This document shows, piece after piece, positions 1-7,093 of a stretch of DNA of 59,296 nucleotides (positions within the stretch are counted from its first letter, which is position 1; each line of letters begins with the position of its first letter). A program made the translations under genes and the position numbers. The notes beneath the pieces are model-generated. The model was not told the origin of the DNA, searched no databases, and saw only the letters and a program-made list of their open reading frames with translations. Origin of the DNA: Anaerolineae bacterium (GTDB lineage: Bacteria; Chloroflexota; Anaerolineae; B4-G1; SLSP01). The DNA is taken from NCBI GenBank assembly GCA_049975385.1, contig JBNGDO010000005.1, positions 1-59,296 on the forward strand. The letters run 5' to 3'.

Positions 1-83
1 GGGCGCACCCGCCCCCAAACCCCCACCCCCAGATTTTCGAGGAGATTCGTAGATTCGTGGTTTGTCTTACGAGGAGCGAAAAT

Positions 84-413
84 ATGCAGATCGGTGAGAT
101 TGTAGAGAAGTTGGGATTGACGGTGTTGGTCGGCGAAGATCTGACGGCGGAAGTGACCGGTGGCTACGTGGCGGATTTGCTGAGCTGTGTGATCGCCGGC
201 GCGAAGCCCCAGGACCTGTGGGTGACGCTGCAAACGCACGTCAACATCGTTGCCGTGGCGTCGCTCAAGGAAGTCGCGGGCATTGTCGTGGCTGAGAGCG
301 CCGTCGTTCCCGATGCGACGCTGGAAAAGGCCGCGCAGCAAGGCGTGGTGATGCTTTCCAGCCCGCAGCCCGTCTACGAAACGGTCAAGCAACTGGTCGC
401 GCTCGGTTTGTAG
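84..413 (+). CDS. DRTGG-domain protein (small accessory protein typical of HydABC/NuoEF-type clusters)
   Basis: ORF 57..413; the ATG at 84 follows GAGGAG. Family call rests on overall resemblance and on the DRTGG-PHP-NuoE-HATPase gene order. No diagnostic motif was checked. Confidence 0.5.
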   Translation: MQIGEIVEKLGLTVLVGEDLTAEVTGGYVADLLSCVIAGAKPQDLWVTLQTHVNIVAVASLKEVAGIVVAESAVVPDATLEKAAQQGVVMLSSPQPVYETVKQLVALGL

Positions 414-414
414 C

Positions 415-1200
415 GTGCGGGGTACCGCCCCAGGTACACGGATGCGCGAGTCTTCGCGGCACGAGTATCACGCCGATCTGCACATTCACACCGTGCTTTC
501 GGCCTGTGCAGAAGTGGAGATGATCCCGCCGCTGATCGTCGAAGAGGCGCTGCACAAGGGCCTGCACGTCATCGCCGTCACCGATCACAATGCTTCGGGC
601 AACGTCGCAGCGGTGATGGAGGCGTCTGCGGGGACGGGGTTGGCCGTCCTGCCGGGGATGGAGCTGCTCACCCAGGAAGAGGTGGACGTGCTGTGCATCT
701 TCGACACGGTTGAGCAGGCGCGGGCGTGGCAGGCACAGGTGGATGGCTGGCTGTTACCGTTGGACAACGATGCCGAACACTTCGGCCCGCAGTTTCTGGT
801 CGATGCGGCCGGTGACTTTGTGGCGGAAGATACACGGATGCGCAAGGCCCCGGCCAGGGTGGGCATCGAAGAGGCGGCACGCGCCGTCCATGCGCTCGGT
901 GGCCTGGTGATTCCCGCCCACGTGGGGCGCGACGTCTACGGCTTGATGTACGTCCTGGGATTCTGGCCGCCCGACCTGGAGGCCGATGCCGCCGAAGTCT
1001 CGCACAATCTACGCCCCAGCCAGGCCTACGCGCAGTATCCCTCGTTGCGCGATATTCCTGTCATCACCAGCTCCGATGCGCACTTCCTGGATTGGATCGG
1101 CCACACGCGCACAGTGTTCCGGCTCGAGGGCGCTCCCTCGGTTGCCTCGCTGCGGTCGGCGCTGCGGCAGGGGGCGGGACAGGGGTTTTATGTGCCGTGA
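415..1200 (+). CDS. PHP-domain metal-dependent phosphoesterase
   Basis: HADLHIHT, VIAVTDHN and SSDAH motifs of the PHP (histidinol-phosphatase-like) fold. Start at 415 (GTG) or 442 (ATG) is unresolved. Confidence 0.75.
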   Translation: MRGTAPGTRMRESSRHEYHADLHIHTVLSACAEVEMIPPLIVEEALHKGLHVIAVTDHNASGNVAAVMEASAGTGLAVLPGMELLTQEEVDVLCIFDTVEQARAWQAQVDGWLLPLDNDAEHFGPQFLVDAAGDFVAEDTRMRKAPARVGIEEAARAVHALGGLVIPAHVGRDVYGLMYVLGFWPPDLEADAAEVSHNLRPSQAYAQYPSLRDIPVITSSDAHFLDWIGHTRTVFRLEGAPSVASLRSALRQGAGQGFYVP

Positions 1201-1321
1201 AGGTGATCTTCTGTGCCCTGTTCTATAACACTCGGCGCACTCCTGGAATCTCTTGAAAGCCGCCCAATTTTCCCGCACGTGTCTTCGCTTTGGATTCGTG
1301 ATCGTTAAGTCCCTTTGCCTG

Positions 1322-1349
1322 TTGCCAAACCCGATTTTGACGGTAGAAT
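1322..1349 (+). promoter_or_regulatory. candidate sigma70-type promoter for the nuoE-like/FDH operon
   Basis: TTGCCA (1322-1327), 16-nt spacer, TAGAAT (1344-1349). This would give a leader of about 110 nt before the ATG at 1465. Confidence 0.3.
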
Positions 1350-1464
1350 GACGGGCGTAAGGCTTTTGTGGTTGAATTGCACTTGGCCTGTAGTGACTTT
1401 GAGGTATACTCAGGCGTGTGGATTCGATCGGAATTATTGCATCAGAGTATCGAGGTGAGAATAT

Positions 1465-1965
1465 ATGAGCGTAGCTTTCAATCAACCTTCTCAGTTTGTG
1501 GATTTACCCCCGGAACATAAACTCGTTTTAGATGAAATCCTCGCCGACAACAAAGACAAGCCCGGCGCAACGATGTTGGTCTTGACGTTGGCACAGGAAC
1601 AACTCGGGTTCGTCTCTCTGGAAATGCAGCAGTATCTCTCCCGCGAATTGGGCATCCCCCTCAGCCATTTGTACGGCGTGCTGACCTTCTACTCTTCCTT
1701 CCGTATGCAGCCGATTGGTCGTCACAAGATCAGCATATGCCTGGGAACGGCGTGCTATGTGCGCGGCGGCCCGACGGTGGTGGAGAAGTTCCAGCAGGTG
1801 TTGGGCGTCAAAGTTGGCGAGACCACACCCGATAACCGCTTCACGCTGGAAATCTGCCGCTGCGTGGGGGCATGTTCGCAAGCACCGGTCGTGATGATCG
1901 ACGATGACATCACCGGGCAGATCAGCCCCCAGGACGTCGCCAAAATTCTGCGCAAGTACGAATGA
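1465..1965 (+). CDS. NuoE/HydC-like [2Fe-2S] subunit (copy 1)
   Basis: Thioredoxin-like 2Fe-2S ligand pattern CLGTAC ... CRCVGAC. Stop overlaps the next gene start (ATGA). Confidence 0.85.
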   Translation: MSVAFNQPSQFVDLPPEHKLVLDEILADNKDKPGATMLVLTLAQEQLGFVSLEMQQYLSRELGIPLSHLYGVLTFYSSFRMQPIGRHKISICLGTACYVRGGPTVVEKFQQVLGVKVGETTPDNRFTLEICRCVGACSQAPVVMIDDDITGQISPQDVAKILRKYE

Positions 1966-2537
1966 CGATTTTCCGCGATCTCTCTCAGCATATTCTCGAT
2001 ATCGCTGAGAACGGCGTCAAAGCCGGCGCGACGTTGCTGCACCTTACCATCGAAGAAGACACAGCCGCCGACACCCTGCGCATCGTCGTGCAGGACAACG
2101 GCAGCGGGATGAACGCCGAAACCCTGGCGAAGGTGGAAGACCCGTGGTATACCACCCGCACCACCCGCAACGTGGGATTGGGCATCCCTTTCTTCAAACA
2201 GGCGGCGGAAATGTGTGCGGGGTCGTTCCACATCACGTCCGAGCCTGGCGTGGGCACGACCACCGAGGCTACCTTCCAGCACAGCCACATCGACCGACCG
2301 CCTTTGGGCGACCTGGCGGGAACCCTATTGTGCATGATTGTGGGCTTCTCCGGCGTGGATGTGGTCTATCAGCACCGCGTTGACGACCAAACGTTTACTC
2401 TGGATACCCGCGAAATCCGTGCCATCCTGGGCGATGACATCCCCTTCTCCGATCCCGACGTGCTGGCTTTTCTTAATGAGAGTTTACACGAAGGGATAAC
2501 GTCGTTACAAGGGGAATTAAGAATGGGTAATCAGTAA
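1962..2537 (+). CDS. histidine-kinase-like ATPase domain protein (HATPase_c only, no HisKA)
   Basis: N box DIAENGVKAG, G1 DNGSGM, G2 GLGIP. Its position between nuoE-like and ferredoxin-like genes matches HydABC-type clusters. Confidence 0.7.
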   Translation: MTIFRDLSQHILDIAENGVKAGATLLHLTIEEDTAADTLRIVVQDNGSGMNAETLAKVEDPWYTTRTTRNVGLGIPFFKQAAEMCAGSFHITSEPGVGTTTEATFQHSHIDRPPLGDLAGTLLCMIVGFSGVDVVYQHRVDDQTFTLDTREIRAILGDDIPFSDPDVLAFLNESLHEGITSLQGELRMGNQ

Positions 2538-2600
2538 TCAGGGATTGGTAATCAGGTTTTTTCTCGGTTCCTGATTCCCAATTACCAGTTACCGATCACC
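2526..2600 (+). repeat. intercistronic imperfect hairpin built from short tandem repeats
   Basis: Left arm 2526-2556 (GGTAATCA GTAATCA GGGATT GGTAATCA GG). Right arm 2570-2600 (CCTGATT CCCAATTACC AGTTACC GATCACC). About 22/31 positions are complementary. Loop is TTTTTTCTCGGTT. The stop codon 2535-2537 lies inside the left arm. Confidence 0.5.
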
Positions 2601-2644
2601 AGCTACCAATATCATACGATCAACTCTATTTTCAGGAGGTCATT

Positions 2645-3001
2645 GTGAAAAGTCTCGAAGAACTACAAAAAATTAAAGAACGCGCGTTGCAGCGCCGCAA
2701 GCTGGCCGGTGAGGGCGCGCGTGCGCGCATCGTCGTGGCGATGGGCACCACCGGCATTGCTGCCGGTGCCCGTGACACCATGGCAGCGATTTTGAAGGAA
2801 CTGGAAAAACGCGGCATCGGTGACGTCGTTGTGACGCAGACCGGCAGCGCCGGCATGAGCACCTACGAACCGGTCGTCCAGGTGCAGGTAGGCGACGGCG
2901 AACTCATCACCTATGGCAATGTCGACCCCAACCGCGCGGCGACTTTGATCGAGAAACACGTTCTGGGCGGCGAAATTGTAGCCGAATGGCAGGTCCAGTA
3001 A
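2645..3001 (+). CDS. thioredoxin-like [2Fe-2S] ferredoxin-fold protein lacking all Cys ligands
   Basis: GTG start after AGGAGG. AMGTTGIAAGA and TQTGSAGMSTYEP align to the usual vCmGTcG / tGCiGxC motifs, but the 118-aa protein contains no Cys. Confidence 0.65.
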   Translation: MKSLEELQKIKERALQRRKLAGEGARARIVVAMGTTGIAAGARDTMAAILKELEKRGIGDVVVTQTGSAGMSTYEPVVQVQVGDGELITYGNVDPNRAATLIEKHVLGGEIVAEWQVQ

Positions 3002-3010
3002 GGAGGAGCT

Positions 3011-4780
3011 ATGGCTTATCGCGCCAACATACTCATTAACAGCGACACTCCTGGCGCCCAGGCCGTCTATGGCGCATTCCTGGATGAACTCCAGGAACTG
3101 GCGTTGCGCGACGAGGTGCAGGTGTTGATGACCTCCGGTCTGGGTGGTCAGGGCGTCGCCACGCAAGGCGTGGACGCGATTGTCTACCCCGACAGCGTGC
3201 GCTACGTCAACCTGACGCCGGACGACGTCACCCGCATCACGGAAGAACACCTGCTAAAAGGCCGCCCCGTGCTGGCTCTCACACAGGCCGCGCCGGCGGT
3301 CACACCGCTGCCGCCACCCGCGCCCAAAGAGGTGCGCGTGGTGCTGCGCAACGTCGGCAAAATCAACCCCTTCGATATCGAGGACTACATCGCCGAGGAC
3401 GGGTACGCCGCGCTGGCGAAAGTGCTGACCGAGATGACGCCAGAACAGGTGCTCGAGGTGCTGAAGACCTCCGGCCTGCGCGGGCGCGGCGGCGCGGGCT
3501 TCCCCACCCATCTCAAGTGGACGTTTGCCCGCAACAGCCCTAACAAGCCCAAGTACCTCATCTGCAACGGCGACGAAGGCGACCCCGGCGCGTTTATGAA
3601 CCGCAGCGTGCTGGAAGGCGATCCCCATTCCGTCATCGAGGGTATGGCCATCGCCGCCTACGTCATCGGGGCCGAGCAGGGCTATTTCTACGTCCGTGCG
3701 GAATACCCCATTGCCATTCGTACGCTGCGCGTCGCGTTACAACAAGCACGGGAGTACGGCTTCCTGGGGAAGAACATCTTCGGCTCCGGTTTCGACTTTG
3801 ACCTCGAAATCCGCATGGGGGCGGGTGCTTTCGTCTGCGGTGAAGAGACGGCGATGATGCGCTCCATCGAAGGTCAGCGGGGCATGCCGACCACCCGCCC
3901 GCCGTTCCCTGCCGCTTCAGGCCTGTGGGGGCAACCGACCAACATCAACAACGTCGAGACGTACGCCAACGTGCCGCAAATTCTGCTCAAGGGCGGTGAG
4001 TGGTTCGCCTCGATGGGCACAGAGAAGAGCAAGGGCACCAAGACCTTCGCCATCGCCGGCAAGGTCAAGCACACCGGCCTGATCGAAATCCCGCTGGGCG
4101 TGACCATCCGCGAAATCGTGTACGACATCGGCGGTGGCATCCTCAACGACAAGAAGTTCAAGGCCGTGCAGACCGGCGGTCCGATGGGCGGCTGCATTCC
4201 TGAGCAATACCTGGATTTGCCGGTGGACTACCAATCTCTGGCGTCGGTCGGCTCCATTATGGGATCGGGCGGGTTCGTGGTGATGGACGAGGACACCTGT
4301 ATGGTCGACATCGCCCGTTTCTTTATGGAGTTCGTCCAAGATGAGTCTTGCGGCAAATGCACGCCTTGTCGTGTGGGCACGCGCCGGATGCTGGAGATCC
4401 TCAACGACATTTGCGAGGGCCGCGGCCAGCCCGGTGACATCGAGTTGCTGGAGGAAATGGGGAAATCCATTTCACGCGGGTCGCTCTGCGGTCTGGGGGC
4501 CGGCGCGCCGAACCCCGTTTTAAGCACGATCAAGTATTTCCGCGACGAGTACGAGGCGCACATCTACGAGAAGAAGTGCCCGGCGAAGGTCTGCCGCGCG
4601 TTGATCGAGTACAAAGTCGATCCCGATTTGTGCATCGGCTGCACGCGCTGCGCCCGCAACTGCCCGGTCAATGCGATTGCCGGTGCGCCAAAAGAAAAAC
4701 ACGTCATCGACCCAACGATCTGCATCCGCTGCGGCATCTGCAAGCAGGTGTGCCCGGTGGGGGCGATTGATGTTTATTAG
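3011..4780 (+). CDS. NuoF/HydB-like flavoprotein subunit with C-terminal 2x[4Fe-4S] ferredoxin domain (copy 1)
   Basis: GRGGAGFPT (FMN/NADH site); ESCGKCTPCR and SLCGLG (4Fe-4S); C-terminal CIGCTRCARNCP and CIRCGICKQVCP. N-terminal Trx-like module has no Cys. Confidence 0.9.
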   Translation: MAYRANILINSDTPGAQAVYGAFLDELQELALRDEVQVLMTSGLGGQGVATQGVDAIVYPDSVRYVNLTPDDVTRITEEHLLKGRPVLALTQAAPAVTPLPPPAPKEVRVVLRNVGKINPFDIEDYIAEDGYAALAKVLTEMTPEQVLEVLKTSGLRGRGGAGFPTHLKWTFARNSPNKPKYLICNGDEGDPGAFMNRSVLEGDPHSVIEGMAIAAYVIGAEQGYFYVRAEYPIAIRTLRVALQQAREYGFLGKNIFGSGFDFDLEIRMGAGAFVCGEETAMMRSIEGQRGMPTTRPPFPAASGLWGQPTNINNVETYANVPQILLKGGEWFASMGTEKSKGTKTFAIAGKVKHTGLIEIPLGVTIREIVYDIGGGILNDKKFKAVQTGGPMGGCIPEQYLDLPVDYQSLASVGSIMGSGGFVVMDEDTCMVDIARFFMEFVQDESCGKCTPCRVGTRRMLEILNDICEGRGQPGDIELLEEMGKSISRGSLCGLGAGAPNPVLSTIKYFRDEYEAHIYEKKCPAKVCRALIEYKVDPDLCIGCTRCARNCPVNAIAGAPKEKHVIDPTICIRCGICKQVCPVGAIDVY

Positions 4781-4781
4781 G

Positions 4782-4844
4782 GAGTGAAGAGTGAAGAGTA
4801 AAGAGTTAAGAAGCAAGGAGCATCATTACTCATTACTCATTACC
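4782..4844 (+). repeat. intercistronic heptamer-array hairpin
   Basis: GAGTGAA GAGTGAA GAGTAAA GAGTTAA (4782-4809) are partly complementary to CATTACT CATTACT CATTACC (4824-4844). It is followed by GGGAGGAG and the ATG at 4865. Confidence 0.6.
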
Positions 4845-4864
4845 CACATAGGGAGGAGAAGAAT

Positions 4865-5329
4865 ATGCCAGAAGGTTCAGCCTTGAATGAAATTATAGAA
4901 AAATATGGTGGCAATCGCGAGGCGTTGGTGGAAATATTACGGGATGTGAGCCAGGCGAACGGTCATGTCAGCGCAGAGGATATGGCGGCCATTGCGCGGC
5001 GGCTGGGCCTCCCCCAGAGCCAGGTGCATAGCGTCGCCAGCTTCTACAGTCTCATCAGCCTCGAGCCGCTGGGGAAGCACGTGATCCGCTTCTGCCAGGA
5101 CGCGCCGTGTCACGTCGCGGGCGGGCGGGAGGTCTGGGAAGCGTTGGAGCAGACGTTGGGCATCCCCTTCGGCGCGACAACGGGCGACGGGCAATGGACG
5201 TTGCTGACCACCAGTTGCATCGGTGCGTGCTCGGTCGGCCCGGTGATGATGGTGGATGACGAAATCTACGGAAATTTGACGCCCGACAGGGTGCGTGAAA
5301 TTATCGCCCAGGTAGGAGGTGGCGCATGA
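4865..5329 (+). CDS. NuoE/HydC-like [2Fe-2S] subunit (copy 2)
   Basis: CQDAPC ... CIGAC 2Fe-2S ligand pattern. ATGA overlap with the next gene. Confidence 0.85.
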   Translation: MPEGSALNEIIEKYGGNREALVEILRDVSQANGHVSAEDMAAIARRLGLPQSQVHSVASFYSLISLEPLGKHVIRFCQDAPCHVAGGREVWEALEQTLGIPFGATTGDGQWTLLTTSCIGACSVGPVMMVDDEIYGNLTPDRVREIIAQVGGGA

Positions 5330-6987
5330 TCCGCGCGACGATTTTGGTTTCGGGCGATCCCCAGAGCCTCGGGCGCGGCGCCGAGGAAGTCAAAATAGCC
5401 ATAGAAGCGGAACTCTCGTTCTACGGTCTGGAAAACGAAATTGAGGTGGGCTTCGGCGGCGGGACGGCGCGCGCCGAGATGCTGCCCACCGTGAGCATTT
5501 ACCCGGAAGGCGTGGTCTACGGCCCGGTCAAACCGGCGGATGGCGCGTTGATCGTGGAAGAGCACCTCTACAAAGGGCGCATCGTGGAGCACCTGCTGGC
5601 CCCGCCGGACGCGCTGGTGAGTGGGCACATAGCGTCCCTGCCCGCCGGCAAAGAGGGCAAGCGCTACGCCGAAAAGCGCGTGGTGCTGCGGCGCGTGGGC
5701 GTCATCGACCCCGGCAGCATCGAAGACTACGTGGCGCACGATGGGTACTTCGCCCTGGGACAGGCCGTTACCACAATGACGCCCGCGGAAGTGCTGAATG
5801 TCGTGCGCGAGTCCGGTTTGCAGGGGCGCGGCGGCGCAGGTTTCCCGACGGGCATGAAGTGGTCGTTCGTCGCCAGCCGTCCGGAGGAAGTCCGGTACGT
5901 GGTCTGCAACGCCGATGAATCCGAGCCGGGCACGTTCAAGGATCGCATGATCCTGGAAGGCGACCCACACGCGGTCCTTGAGGGGATGGCGCTGGCCGGG
6001 TACGCAGTGGGCGCGCGTGAAGGCTGGATTTACATTCGCGGCGAGTACGTCCTCTCGAAGGAACGATTGGAGCAGGCGATTCACCAGGCGGAAGAACTCG
6101 GCGTGCTGGGCGACGATATTATGGGCAGTGGTTTTTCATTCCATATCCACGCCCATGCAGGCGCGGGGGCCTACATCTGCGGCGAGGAAACGGCCTTATT
6201 GGAAAGCATGGAGGGCAAGCGCGGCATCCCGCGCATCCGCCCGCCGTATCCCACCGTGTACGGCTATCACGGGATGCCCACCGTTGTCAACAACGTGGAG
6301 ACGCTGGCGAATGTCCCGCCGATCCTTCTCAATGGCGCGGCGTGGTATCGCACGCTGGGCACCAAGCGCAGCCCCGGCACGAAGGTGTACACGATTATGG
6401 GCGACGTCCAAAACACCGGCCTGATTGAAATGCCGATGGGCGTCACGCTGCGCGAAGTCATCGACATTTACGCCGGTGGCATGAAGGAGGGCAAGACCTT
6501 CAAGTGTGCGCAGACCGGCGGTTCGTCCGGCAGCATCATCCCGCCGGATTTCCTGGACACGCCGATGGACTTCGCGTCTATGGCGGAAAAGGGCGCGGGC
6601 CTGGGCAGTGGCGCGTTGTTGATCTGCGGGCAGGATACCTGCATCGTCGATCTGGCGTCTGTGCTGTTGCGCTTCTTCAAAACGGAATCGTGCGGAAAAT
6701 GCACACCTTGCCGCATCGGGACGACGCGCTTGCTGGAGACGTTCGACCGGCTGCGCGTGGGCAAGGGCAAGGCCGAGGACCTGGCATTGATGGAAAGCGT
6801 CGCGCAAAACATGTTCAAGACCTCATTCTGCGGTCTGGGCCAGGCGGCGCCCACCCCGGTCTTGACGGCGCTGCGTTTCTTCCGTGAGGAAATCGCCGCC
6901 CACCTTGAAGGCCACTGTCCTGCCGGTGTATGCCCAATGCAAGCGCCGCCCGCAGCAGAAAAAACGCGGCATAAGTATATTTCGTGA
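5326..6987 (+). CDS. NuoF-like flavoprotein subunit without C-terminal ferredoxin domain (copy 2)
   Basis: GRGGAGFPT, ESCGKCTPCR and SFCGLG motifs. It ends soon after the NuoF core. N-terminal Trx-like module has no Cys. Confidence 0.9.
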   Translation: MIRATILVSGDPQSLGRGAEEVKIAIEAELSFYGLENEIEVGFGGGTARAEMLPTVSIYPEGVVYGPVKPADGALIVEEHLYKGRIVEHLLAPPDALVSGHIASLPAGKEGKRYAEKRVVLRRVGVIDPGSIEDYVAHDGYFALGQAVTTMTPAEVLNVVRESGLQGRGGAGFPTGMKWSFVASRPEEVRYVVCNADESEPGTFKDRMILEGDPHAVLEGMALAGYAVGAREGWIYIRGEYVLSKERLEQAIHQAEELGVLGDDIMGSGFSFHIHAHAGAGAYICGEETALLESMEGKRGIPRIRPPYPTVYGYHGMPTVVNNVETLANVPPILLNGAAWYRTLGTKRSPGTKVYTIMGDVQNTGLIEMPMGVTLREVIDIYAGGMKEGKTFKCAQTGGSSGSIIPPDFLDTPMDFASMAEKGAGLGSGALLICGQDTCIVDLASVLLRFFKTESCGKCTPCRIGTTRLLETFDRLRVGKGKAEDLALMESVAQNMFKTSFCGLGQAAPTPVLTALRFFREEIAAHLEGHCPAGVCPMQAPPAAEKTRHKYIS

Positions 6988-6990
6988 ATG

Positions 6991-7073
6991 GTAACGAGTA
7001 ACGTGTAACTGGTAATCAGTAACCAGTAACAGGCACTCATTCCCAATTACTAATTTCTAATTACTTATTACAA
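6991..7073 (+). repeat. intercistronic heptamer-array hairpin
   Basis: Six GTAAYNN heptamers at 6991-7032 (GTAACGA GTAACGT GTAACTG GTAATCA GTAACCA GTAACAG). Then four ATTWCNN heptamers at 7046-7073 (ATTACTA ATTTCTA ATTACTT ATTACAA). Then AGGAGG and the ATG at 7094. Confidence 0.6.
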
Positions 7074-7093
7074 ATTTCCAGGAGGCATAACTC

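Noticed and set aside
2526-7073. Heptamer arrays, or the TAGTC arrays at 50539-51566, as CRISPR arrays
   Set aside because: The units are 7-15 nt long, directly adjacent with no spacers, and confined to intercistronic gaps. Nothing resembles 24-48-nt repeats separated by unique spacers, and no cas genes are present.
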